Positions 47,813-57,327 of a DNA stretch of 64,000 bases are shown here, in pieces. Within the stretch, counting starts at the first letter, position 1. Each line of letters starts with the position of its first letter. Made by a program: the position numbers and the translations under genes. The notes beneath the pieces are model-generated. The model saw nothing but the letters and a program-made list of their open reading frames with translations, was not told where the DNA came from and did no database searches. The stretch comes from a bacterium (GTDB lineage: Bacteria > UBA8248), in NCBI GenBank assembly GCA_965207065.1, contig OZ242260.1, positions 4,096,001 to 4,160,000 on the forward strand. Direction: 5' to 3'.

Positions 47813-47850
47813 CTTTCCTCCTTATCATCGTACATCTTATCGGGTAAATG

Positions 47851-49206
47851 TTACTCACAGGCCTCGGTATACTTTAATATCGCCTGAGCGGCATTTTCCC
47901 CGCTTCTCACCGCACCCTCCACGGTGGCCGGCAGGCCCGTGCGAGTCCAGTCTCCAGCCAGAAAAAAACCTTCTATCGGAGTTTTCGTATCTATCCGGTA
48001 CCTTTGCTCCGCGACTCCGTTCCCCCAGGTGGCCGCACGCTCCCGCACCACCAAAACATCCCGAATGGGGTTAAGGGGAATCATGCGTTTCAGGCAATCA
48101 CGTGCAGACGACTCGATGGTCGACCGTTCTGCGGATGCGATGGAATCCTCCGCTCCGGCCAACAGACACACCAGATTCTTCACGTCTACTCCACTTGCCT
48201 CCGGACGAAACAGCCAGTCCCACTCCTCATTAACAATCGCTTCGAAAGGAGGCCCCTCATCCGGTTCTTCAAGCCAGCAATATGCGCTGGCAATAGGCCC
48301 CGGGCGCAACTTTCCCAGATTCGAAAAAGGCGCCCGCTCACCGAGTTCTCCACCCAGCAGTCTGCCAAGGGCGTCGGGCGGCACAGCGGAAATGACTGCG
48401 GCAGCACCCAAGGTCTCGCGCTCTTTCAAAATCACACCTTTGATTGTCGAATCATGGACTTCAAGACCGACTGCGGACTGCTGAAGCCTCACTTCTCCAC
48501 CGAGTTGACGGATGCGTTGAGCCGCTCTGTTCGCCCACATAGTACCCAATGCCTTCATCGGGACTCCCAGGGCGGCTCCTTTCGGCCCATCGGAGAAGGC
48601 TTCCCGAATCACTGCCTTGAACAATGCCGCACTTCCCTCCTCCAATGGCAAGTTCAACACCGCGCGCGCAAACGGCTCCCAAAACCAGCGCACCGTTTCA
48701 TCCTTCTGGCCCAGTCGCCCCAGCATTTCACTCATGGATTCATTCGGGTATTCATCATTCGAATTGGAAATAATCTTTGACAGACCTATCAGAAGATTCA
48801 ATTTCGCCCATAACCGGGGGCCTCGCCATTTGAGCAAGCCCCGGAGTTGCGCCAAAACTCCTCCATCCTCCGGAAATGACAATTGCGTCCGTCTGGGTGA
48901 CTCCTCTTCCCGAATCCGGTAACTCACCTCCAGAGAGGGTGAGAACAAAACATCATCTACGGCGCCCACCCTCTCCAGCAATGAGCGCAGCGCCGGGTTG
49001 GCTGCCATGAACAAATGCGGGCCCCAGTCCAACTCCAGGCCCGTGGATGAGTGCATGAAACTGCGTGCCCGGCCACCGAGAAGCTTCCCCGCCTCGAGCA
49101 CGATGACTTTGACCCCCGACTCGGCAAGACGCAAGGCGGCGGACAGGCCCGCTGCTCCGGCTCCGATGATGATAACCGGCCTCTCGAATCCGCCAAGCTC
49201 AGTCAT
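47851..49206 (-). CDS. hpnE: Hydroxysqualene dehydroxylase (HpnE-like FAD enzyme)
   Basis: GAGAAG, LGGRARSF, ERAAT, LAGDWTRTGLPATVEGAVRSG; adjacent to hpnCD. Confidence 0.88.
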   Translation of the reverse strand: MTELGGFERPVIIIGAGAAGLSAALRLAESGVKVIVLEAGKLLGGRARSFMHSSTGLELDWGPHLFMAANPALRSLLERVGAVDDVLFSPSLEVSYRIREEESPRRTQLSFPEDGGVLAQLRGLLKWRGPRLWAKLNLLIGLSKIISNSNDEYPNESMSEMLGRLGQKDETVRWFWEPFARAVLNLPLEEGSAALFKAVIREAFSDGPKGAALGVPMKALGTMWANRAAQRIRQLGGEVRLQQSAVGLEVHDSTIKGVILKERETLGAAAVISAVPPDALGRLLGGELGERAPFSNLGKLRPGPIASAYCWLEEPDEGPPFEAIVNEEWDWLFRPEASGVDVKNLVCLLAGAEDSIASAERSTIESSARDCLKRMIPLNPIRDVLVVRERAATWGNGVAEQRYRIDTKTPIEGFFLAGDWTRTGLPATVEGAVRSGENAAQAILKYTEACE

Positions 49207-51366
49207 TTACGCTTCCAGGAAACAGCGAAGCGCTTCTAGTAGTTTTTCCCTGGACTTCAAAGAGGGGCGATAATGCATGTGCCGAAAATGATTCTTCTCC
49301 ATCTCACTCAGAAGTCTCCGATAAATCCGGCCCATGATTCTGGCGGGAAGAAGATTCTCTTTTTTCTCATGGCGCAAGGCTTCATTCGCCCGCTCATAAT
49401 ATATACGCGCCTGATGCGCCAAGAACCGAAGAAGGCTCAAAACCTGAGAAGTATCATTTTTGTCTTTCAAATCGGAGACGGATACTCCATATTTCTCCAT
49501 TTCACTTCTCGGAATATAAATACGCCCCTCCTCGGCATCTTCCCAAACATCTCGCAAAATGTTCGTCAACTGCAGCGCTCGTCCCAAACAAACAGCGTAT
49601 TCTTTCGCAAATTCCGATTTCGCACCAAAAATTCCCAGGCACGCCAGCCCTACTGCGGATGCCACTTTGTCACAATATTTTTCAAGGTCCGAGAAATTTT
49701 CAAATCTGCTTTCTTCCAAATCCATCGCCACGCCATCACAAATCGCCCGAAAATGCTCCGGCGGCAAGTCGAATTTCCGCGACGCCCAAGAGAGTTCCCC
49801 GATTATCGGGTGGGATGGACTTTCCTCGCCAAACCGATCCAGCGCCTCTTTCCATTCGGCCAGCGAGGTTTTTTTGCCGGATATCTCGCCCGGTTCATCG
49901 GCGATGTCATCGGCCATGCGGCAATATGCGTAAACTGCTGTAATGGCGCGCCTTTTCTCCGCAGGTAGGCTGAAAAAAGACAGATAAAAATTCGACCGGC
50001 TCGCCCGAATGAACCAGCGGCAGTAAGCGCGGTTCAATGTTTCTTCTGCCTGCCGATCCACATTGGATTCGAGTCGATAGACCGGGCGAAACGCAGCAAG
50101 CAGTGACTTGGCCTTATCCCGGCCATTCAAAAGCGGCGAGCCTGCGCAAACATTCCAATTCTCACGGGAAACCGAGTCCAGCGCCGCCACGCCGCCACGC
50201 CAAATCGCACGAAGTTCACGGCCCAATGCGCCGCGGGTCCGGTACAAAAGGGGCAGGCCTTGCTTGAAGAGGTGCTTTGTCCTCTTTATCTGAAAGACCA
50301 GGAACGCTCGCAGTTGAGGCGTCGCTACGTCCGCGATCAAATCTTCTTCCGAGACGGCGAACCGTTTCATCTCATCCTGCGGCATGTAGACGATGCCGCG
50401 TTCGGCATCTTCTTTCACGTCTTGTAAGTGATTCGCAATCTGCAATGCCGTGCAGATGGCATCCGACGCGCGAAAGGCCTCGTCATCACGTATCCCGTGC
50501 AGCATGAGAACGATTCTTCCGACAGGATCCGCCGATCGGCGGCAATAATCGAGCAAGGCTTCATAGTTCGGGTACCGGAGAACCGTGACGTCTTGTTTGA
50601 ACGCCGAAAGCAGATCCAGAAAAGGTTTTAAGGGCAATCCGAATTGTTGAATCGTGTGGGAGAGCGCTATGAAAACATCTGTTTCAGCGACACCCTTCTC
50701 AGCCAATAACAGCTTCTCTTCCCATACATCCAGGCGGGCAAGGCGCTCATCAATGGGCCTTGTCGTATCCGCGATATCATCGGCGCCTCTGGCGAATGCG
50801 TAGACCGCAGCCACGTGCGGCCTTATCTTCTTCGGCAGCAACTTCGAGGCGACGGGAAAATTCTCGTAGTGGCCGACTACGATTTTCATGCACGTATCAT
50901 AAGCGGCGCTTAAATCAGCCTCAGAACTATTCTTAACCTCTTTGCCTGAACCCTTTATTCCCTCGCCATTCATGAGAGATTCTATCAACTGCGCATCCGC
51001 CGGCAGGAATTCAAAATCCCCCAATGAGGCAGGATTCACCCATTCATGTCCCGCCACTCCCAAATTCTTCGCCACTCCCCTTTCCCATTCGCAACCATAA
51101 AAGCGAAGATGAACATCTCTATCGGGATAACGGTGGCGGGTCTCCCAATGAAGACTGCCAACGCGCACTTCGATGCCCAGTTCCTCGCGAATCTCCCGTT
51201 GCAAGGCTTCACAGGGTTCCTCACCATCTTCTATTTTACCGCCGGGAAACTCCCAAAAACCCGGCATGTGACCGCCCGCCGGACGCTGACAGATGAGAAT
51301 ACGCCCCTCGTTCCAGACAATACCGGCGACGACGCTTAGCTCTGAAGCGGCAGCTTCGCTCTTCAT
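49207..51366 (-). CDS. Nudix (MutT-like)-HpnC-HpnD triple fusion squalene synthase
   Basis: Nudix box GGKIEDGEEPCEALQREIREELG; HpnC HYENFPVAS/ADDIAD; HpnD SNFYLSF/CRMADDIAD/LQLTNILRD. Confidence 0.88.
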   Translation of the reverse strand: MKSEAAASELSVVAGIVWNEGRILICQRPAGGHMPGFWEFPGGKIEDGEEPCEALQREIREELGIEVRVGSLHWETRHRYPDRDVHLRFYGCEWERGVAKNLGVAGHEWVNPASLGDFEFLPADAQLIESLMNGEGIKGSGKEVKNSSEADLSAAYDTCMKIVVGHYENFPVASKLLPKKIRPHVAAVYAFARGADDIADTTRPIDERLARLDVWEEKLLLAEKGVAETDVFIALSHTIQQFGLPLKPFLDLLSAFKQDVTVLRYPNYEALLDYCRRSADPVGRIVLMLHGIRDDEAFRASDAICTALQIANHLQDVKEDAERGIVYMPQDEMKRFAVSEEDLIADVATPQLRAFLVFQIKRTKHLFKQGLPLLYRTRGALGRELRAIWRGGVAALDSVSRENWNVCAGSPLLNGRDKAKSLLAAFRPVYRLESNVDRQAEETLNRAYCRWFIRASRSNFYLSFFSLPAEKRRAITAVYAYCRMADDIADEPGEISGKKTSLAEWKEALDRFGEESPSHPIIGELSWASRKFDLPPEHFRAICDGVAMDLEESRFENFSDLEKYCDKVASAVGLACLGIFGAKSEFAKEYAVCLGRALQLTNILRDVWEDAEEGRIYIPRSEMEKYGVSVSDLKDKNDTSQVLSLLRFLAHQARIYYERANEALRHEKKENLLPARIMGRIYRRLLSEMEKNHFRHMHYRPSLKSREKLLEALRCFLEA

Positions 51367-51381
51367 TCCGTCTCCATGGGT

Positions 51382-52191
51382 TCAATACTGCGCATCTTGA
51401 CTCTGCGCATCTCCGATAATCGGTCTAAGAACGCTTGAAAATACAATAGGTTCCGCCAGGGGCACCGCTTCGGCCAATTCTTTTTCATTCTCAAAATACT
51501 CGCCCGGCAGGACCAATCCCGGCATCCGCAGCTTGATCGAATCCTCTGAAAACGGCCAAGGAGATATTTCCAGATCGTCCATCTTAGCGGTTTTCACTTT
51601 CAAGCCACTTTGCCTCAAGGGGTGGATGGCGTCATCGGGTGGGGTGATTTCCGGCGCCCGGCACGCCAATAGGGATAACGTATCGCAAACCCTCAGCAAA
51701 GACACGGAATTTTCGATTGCTCCTTTGTGCCCCGCTTCAATCAGGGGGTCCAACATTTTCTGCCGTTTCGATTCAGTGTGTATGAACCCGTTCAGTACTC
51801 TGGACACTTCACCGGGCGCACCCCTTCTCCCTCCCTCGGCGAGCGAAGAGAAGTGAATGCTGACCAGATAACCAGAAAACGGATGAAATGACGCGCAGGA
51901 ATCAATTCCCTCCGACCAAATCTCCACCGCCTTGTCCGCCGTTATGCCGAAAAAACTGTAGGGCAGTTTCGTCATTTCATCCCATTTCGGCGTAGCATCC
52001 GAGCGGCACCATCCAACGTCATGGTTATCGATGGCGAACAACACTTTTTCTCTGAGCTCATCCGGCGGTGAGGGAAGCGATTCTATTCCTATCCATTTTC
52101 GCGCAATCGTACCCGCGGCCCGGGCGTGGTCATGTTGACTGATGAGGCGAACATGGTTATCTCGCGGACAAACTATCATTTGAGACACCAA
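51382..52191 (-). CDS. DUF3891 family protein
   Basis: LISQHDHA, AIDNHDVGW, LVSIH, CDTLSL, PWPF. Confidence 0.8.
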   Translation of the reverse strand: MVSQMIVCPRDNHVRLISQHDHARAAGTIARKWIGIESLPSPPDELREKVLFAIDNHDVGWCRSDATPKWDEMTKLPYSFFGITADKAVEIWSEGIDSCASFHPFSGYLVSIHFSSLAEGGRRGAPGEVSRVLNGFIHTESKRQKMLDPLIEAGHKGAIENSVSLLRVCDTLSLLACRAPEITPPDDAIHPLRQSGLKVKTAKMDDLEISPWPFSEDSIKLRMPGLVLPGEYFENEKELAEAVPLAEPIVFSSVLRPIIGDAQSQDAQY

Positions 52192-52408
52192 TAACGGCAG
52201 AGATTACATTCCCAATCCGTTGAATCAACTGGTACAAGACTCAGGAATATTTTATTTCGCCGATGAAAAATGTAACAACCGCCATAACGACAAACAAGAA
52301 AAATCAAGTTAATTCATCATCCACTTGAACAAACGTGTGCAAAACACATAATTTTGCTACAAGTCAGTATATATTCTTGTCCTGGAAATAAGGAAATCGC
52401 GCCAAACC

Positions 52409-53845
52409 ATGAATCAAAAAAATTTCCCGCAGGATCCCGGTTCAGTCGGCCTCACGAAAACGCGGACCATAGCCCTTCCCGAGCCGTTTCGGACCGATTC
52501 CGGCGAAACATTGCCCGAAGTTCAGGTTGCCTATGAAACATATGGAGAACTCTCTCCCAGCGCAGATAACGCCGTTTTGGTCATCCATGCACTTACGGGC
52601 GACGCGCATGCTGCCGGCTTCCACAACCCAGACGACCCGCGCCCAGGCTGGTGGGACCCGATGATCGGTCCCGGCAAAGCCATCGATACCCGAAAATACT
52701 TCGTCGTCTCCTCGAACAACCTGGGGGGATGCTCGGGCACCACGGGGCCCACTACGATCAATCCCGCTACGGGCAGAGCCTACAACACCGCTTTTCCCGT
52801 CACCACGGTGGAAGATACCGTTCGCGTCCAAAAACTGCTTCTCGACCATCTGGGCGTCAAACGCCTCAAAACGGTCATCGGCGGCTCGCTCGCCGGGATG
52901 CAAACCCTCGAATGGGGCCTGCGCTACAGCGATTTTTGCGATTCCGTCATACCGGTCGCCGGAGCCGCGCGCCTGGACCCGATGGGAATCGCATGGGACA
53001 AAATCGCCCGCAGGGCCATCACTGCCGACGGCGCATGGAAAGACGGCGACTACGCCGCTGGAGAAGGACCACGCAAAGGTCTGAGCGCGGCGCGCATGCT
53101 GGCCCACATCACCTATCTGAGCCGAGGGATCATGTGGGAGAAATTCGGCCGCGAGATCAGGGATAAGGACAAAATGCTGGACGACATCGACTCGCGTTTC
53201 GAGGTGGAGAGCTACCTCGATCACCAGGGAGACAAATTCGTCGATCGTTTCGACGCCAATTCGTATTTATATATCTCCCGTATGATGGATCTTTATGATG
53301 CCTCCCTGGGTTTCGAGAGTCTCGAGGCGTCGCTGTCCCGGCTGAAAACCAAGTGCCTGCTTGTATGCTTCATTTCCGACTGGCTCTTTCCGCCGGAAAG
53401 AAGCATGGAGATCACTCAAATCCTCCAAAAACTCAGGCATGAAGTGGAGTTGCATACGGTGGAATCCACCTACGGGCACGACGCGTTCCTGGTGCAATAC
53501 GACAAGCTCACCGAAATCGTCGGTGGTTTTCTTGAAAGGCTCGAAAACGGAGGCCCGATCGGCATCAACGCGGCACCCATACCCCGGGGATGCAAGCGGC
53601 TGGTTCTCACTGTGCCGGGCCATCTCGTGCAGAAACCCATTTTGTGGGAACTCGGCCGAAAATACTCGTTTTCCATCAACATTATGAGAAGTGAGCTGGA
53701 TGCCCAATCCGGGTGGCAGGTATGCGAATTCGATGGAAACGAAGAGGAAATCGCACAAGCCGTGACGGAACTCCGGGAAATGGGAGTGTGGGTCGACCCC
53801 GGGGGGCATGACGCCATCGACCATGACCGCGCCGAAGTGGTATAA
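52409..53845 (+). CDS. metX: Homoserine O-acyltransferase with C-terminal NIL-like domain
   Basis: HALTGD, GGSLAG, FDANSY, YGHDAFL; extra ~80-aa C-terminal domain. Confidence 0.92.
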   Translation: MNQKNFPQDPGSVGLTKTRTIALPEPFRTDSGETLPEVQVAYETYGELSPSADNAVLVIHALTGDAHAAGFHNPDDPRPGWWDPMIGPGKAIDTRKYFVVSSNNLGGCSGTTGPTTINPATGRAYNTAFPVTTVEDTVRVQKLLLDHLGVKRLKTVIGGSLAGMQTLEWGLRYSDFCDSVIPVAGAARLDPMGIAWDKIARRAITADGAWKDGDYAAGEGPRKGLSAARMLAHITYLSRGIMWEKFGREIRDKDKMLDDIDSRFEVESYLDHQGDKFVDRFDANSYLYISRMMDLYDASLGFESLEASLSRLKTKCLLVCFISDWLFPPERSMEITQILQKLRHEVELHTVESTYGHDAFLVQYDKLTEIVGGFLERLENGGPIGINAAPIPRGCKRLVLTVPGHLVQKPILWELGRKYSFSINIMRSELDAQSGWQVCEFDGNEEEIAQAVTELREMGVWVDPGGHDAIDHDRAEVV

Positions 53846-53921
53846 ACCGGAAAATTGCCGCCTGGATATAAGCTCGCCGGTATTTTTTAGAGATTCGTTA
53901 CAAATCAGACGGAGGCACGCC

Positions 53922-54554
53922 ATGAGCAAGTTGAAAGAACCAATCGTTGTGGTGAAATACTCAGATTACACATGACCTTTTTGTTATGTCGCCACCGTAG
54001 GTGGTACACCCGTGATTGAAGAAGACCCCGACGTCGTCGTCGAGTGGGTGAGTTGGGAGGGGAGACCACCCGGCCAGGAGTTCGCCGGCTACTCGCCTGA
54101 GCAAAAACAAGAAAGTTACGAGACGAATCACAAACCTCTCGCCGAGAAGTACAACGTGCCCATCCGGGTGGCGGGGGGCGACTACCGCACCACCAACCTG
54201 CACATGGCCACCTATTACGCCCGCGACAAGGGAAAGTTCAAGGAATTCCGGAATCGCTGCTACAAGGCCCGCTGGGAGGACGACCTGAACCTGGAGGATC
54301 TGGACGTCATCGCAGGACTCGCCGAGGATGTCGGCCTGGACGGCGAGGAAATCAAGGCCGTCATCTCCGAGGGACGCTACATCGGCGCATTGCACAGCCA
54401 GCGCGCCCAGGGGAAAGGCCTGGGTATTTACGGCATCCCCACGTTCGTGGTGGAAGGAAAGCTCTTCTGGGGCAAAGACGTCATCGACGACGTCAAGGAC
54501 GAGGTCGCGCGCGTGAAGCAAGAACGGATCGAGAAAGAGAAACAGGAGAGCTAG
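53922..54554 (+). CDS. DsbA/FrnE-like thioredoxin-fold protein, probable selenoprotein (U-P-F-C)
   Basis: GGAGG RBS, ATG 53922, SDYT-TGA(53973)-PFCY in frame with the 54012 ORF; GIYGIPTF; hairpin 53987-54008. Confidence 0.9.
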
Positions 54555-54694
54555 CCTACGCCTCACCCGTATGAATCAGGCGCCCGCTCCCGCGGGGTCG
54601 CTGAACCGCCCCGTTTCGGGGCCGGGCGGCCCGGGCGGGCGGGTTCGCCGCGCGGGGAAACGCGGGCAATTGCGAGGCTGCGAAAAAACTTTTT

Positions 54695-54850
54695 AATTCG
54701 ATAAATTTCGATAAATCATTCATTATCTGCTTTATGTTATCCCGGTAACCGTTTGAATAAATATGAAATATAATTTTTCGTTCTATTCGATAAATTTTCA
54801 GGAATTTATCGAAAAACCCCGTGAATTTATCGATATTTACGTGAAATTGG
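54695..54850. promoter_or_regulatory. Cluster of TCGATAAATT decamers (element B; partly the reverse complement of element A)
   Basis: Perfect copies at 54698(+), 54787(+), 54803(-), 54824(-); near copy at 54708. Confidence 0.7.
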
Positions 54851-55234
54851 ATTATTTTTATTTCTCTGCCTGCCCCCGCGTCCATGAGCGCCACGGCCCA
54901 GGCCGTGTGAAGAACGCGGGGCGACGCCTCTGCCCTCGCCCGAAACAGGGCTTTGGCGAACGGCATCACGCGGTGAAGAACGCGGACAGACGCCCTTATC
55001 CTCTCTCGAATGCCCGATCCCATGAGAAAACCTCCTCTCGCCTCCGTCTCGGCCCACAAGCGGGAGAGTTCTCCCCCGCGCGGCGCGCACGATACACCGC
55101 TTCGGGGTTCGGGGGAGGACGGCAAATGCGCGCAAATGCGTGGATGCCCGGCCCCCTCGCCGAACCTCCCGATCCCTCTTGTCAGGGGGCTTTTTTGTCC
55201 CCCCGTCGAGGGCGTCGCCTTTATCCCCTGACAA

Positions 55235-55615
55235 GGGGTTGTTGAAAAAGCCGCCCCGCTCGTCCTCCCCCGGCCTTAAAAACCACTCCCCTTACCCCCC
55301 TTCATCGGGGCTGTTGAAAAACCTTCCTCGTATGACGACTGTAGGGGCGTCGAACTTCCCGAAAAGGGAAGTGCGACCATGGCCGCCCTTCGGTCATATT
55401 CACCCCGATATAGGAGGGGCGCGGGGACCTCGGACAGGCACAGGGGCCTGTCCGCTAAATGAGACGGTGCGGTTTTGTTCGTCATTCCGGCGAACTCTGC
55501 CGCATGGGCCTTTTTCAACAGGCCCTGTCGGGGGCATTGCTTTTTCCCCCCTGACAAGGGGGGGTAGGGGGGGTTGCCTTTATCCCCTGACAAAGAGGCC
55601 TTTTTCAACAGCCCC
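55235..55615. mobile_element. Nested MITE-in-MITE containing a REP pair
   Basis: Outer TIRs 55235/55615, inner TIRs 55307/55525, GTAG REP-like units 55341-55457. Confidence 0.8.
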
Positions 55616-55734
55616 TTGTCGAAGCGCTTTCAGCGGTCCCCTGCGGCGGGGTGTTTTTCGTTCGCCTTTTTGCCCTTTCATCCCCGATTCGATAAGCTGG
55701 AAGTTCTCTATCCACCATTTGAGGAGAGAATCCG

Positions 55735-57327
55735 ATGGCGCAATTCGATGGTGTTGTGATCGGTGCGGGACATAATGGCCTGGTATGCGCGGCGTATCTT
55801 GCTCGGGCGGGGCTCAAAGTCGCCGTTCTGGATTGCGAACCCGAAATCGGCGGCGGTTCGAGCACCAAGGAATTCCTGCTGCCCGGCTACCAATCGAACA
55901 TGCACGCGAATTTCTTCATCGGTCTGGATGATTTTCCAATCGTCAAAGACTTGGAATTGGACAAATACGGGTTCAACTGGCTCACGCCGGACGTGCAGCA
56001 CGCCACGTTGTATCGCGACGGCACGGCCATTCTCCTGCACCGTGACGCCGAGAAAAGCGCGGCATCCATTTCGAAATTTTCCAAGAAGGACGCCGAATCA
56101 TACGTCTACCTCCACCGGCGATTCGCCGTGGAACTCGCCCCGCTCCTGCGCAGTTTTTTGTTTCATCCGCCCCTGCCTCCAGATGAAATCGTCTCCCGGA
56201 TGGACAGCGATGCGGGACGGGAGATTTTGAGTTTTGCGAAAATGTCGATTTTCGAGGCTATCGAAACTCATTTCGAACATCCTAAAATGCGGGCCTTGTT
56301 CTTCTTGTTCTCTCACGCCATCACGGTCGAGAACGCGCCGGGTACAGGCATTTTCCTCCCGAGTCTCTTTTCCACCCACACGACGCTCGGTCTTCCGGTG
56401 GGAGGCGCGATGCAACTGCCTCTGGCGCTCGAGCGCATCGTCATCCAGAACGGAGGCGTTGTCCTGAGAAACAGCCACGTGCGGGAAGTGATACGGGAAA
56501 ACGGGCGCGCGACGGGCGTAATGCTCGATGGCGGCGAGAAGATGATGGCGACGCAATTTGTCGCTTCTAGCCTCAATGCGCCGGCATCCATCAAAATGGC
56601 GGGAGAAGACGCCTTCCCCGATGAGGTCAACGAAAAGGTGCGAAACTGGGACTGGGGTTTCCATTCCCTGAGCACGCTGCATCTCGCCCTGGCCGAAATC
56701 CCGCGGTATACCGCAGAGGATTTCGACCCGGACGTGGGCAGGGCCTACAACATCATCTTCGGGGCGGACTCTGGCGAGGAGATGGCCGAAAACACCGAAG
56801 AACGCAGAAAAGGACTCATCCCGTCGCGTCCGATGGGCAACGGCTCATGCAACAGCCAGCACGACCCCTCCTATGCGCCCCCGGGCGGTCACGTCGCCTT
56901 CTGGTGGCCGGGCGCGCCCTATGAGCTCAAAGACGGCGGCCCCCGGAAGTGGGATGAAATAAAAGAGGAATACACCGAACGCCTCGTAGACGTGTGGCGC
57001 GGCTACGCTCCCAATCTCACGCCGGACAACGTCCGCGCGGCGAAGCTCTACACCCCGCTCGACGTGGAACGCGGGAACAAGAACATGATCCGCGGCGGCG
57101 TGCGCATGGGGGCGTATATTCCCGAACAGTTGGGGATCAACAGACCCCATCCCTTACTCTCCGGCATGCGGACGCCTCTGGAGGGATTTTATCTGTGTAG
57201 TTCGAGCTGTCAGGGGGGTGGTCTGAACGGAGCGCCCGGCTATAACGCGGCCGGCGTCATCGCCGAGGACCTGGGCGTTGCGAAATGGTGGGAGCCGCTT
57301 CCTGCGCCCGCTACGCCCGCAGGCTAA
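55735..57327 (+). CDS. Phytoene desaturase-family FAD-dependent oxidoreductase
   Basis: GAGHNGL, EIGG, TPLD, RTPLEGFYLC, GAPGYNAA. Confidence 0.88.
   Translation: MAQFDGVVIGAGHNGLVCAAYLARAGLKVAVLDCEPEIGGGSSTKEFLLPGYQSNMHANFFIGLDDFPIVKDLELDKYGFNWLTPDVQHATLYRDGTAILLHRDAEKSAASISKFSKKDAESYVYLHRRFAVELAPLLRSFLFHPPLPPDEIVSRMDSDAGREILSFAKMSIFEAIETHFEHPKMRALFFLFSHAITVENAPGTGIFLPSLFSTHTTLGLPVGGAMQLPLALERIVIQNGGVVLRNSHVREVIRENGRATGVMLDGGEKMMATQFVASSLNAPASIKMAGEDAFPDEVNEKVRNWDWGFHSLSTLHLALAEIPRYTAEDFDPDVGRAYNIIFGADSGEEMAENTEERRKGLIPSRPMGNGSCNSQHDPSYAPPGGHVAFWWPGAPYELKDGGPRKWDEIKEEYTERLVDVWRGYAPNLTPDNVRAAKLYTPLDVERGNKNMIRGGVRMGAYIPEQLGINRPHPLLSGMRTPLEGFYLCSSSCQGGGLNGAPGYNAAGVIAEDLGVAKWWEPLPAPATPAG

Noticed and set aside
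52195-52408. Possible SAM riboswitch or T-box upstream of metX
   Set aside because: AT-rich divergent promoter region without recognisable riboswitch motifs
54907-55010. Two degenerate ~38-bp repeats (GTGAAGAACGCGG...) 66 bp apart beside an AT-rich tract, CRISPR-like spacing
   Set aside because: Only two poorly conserved units and no cas genes in the window
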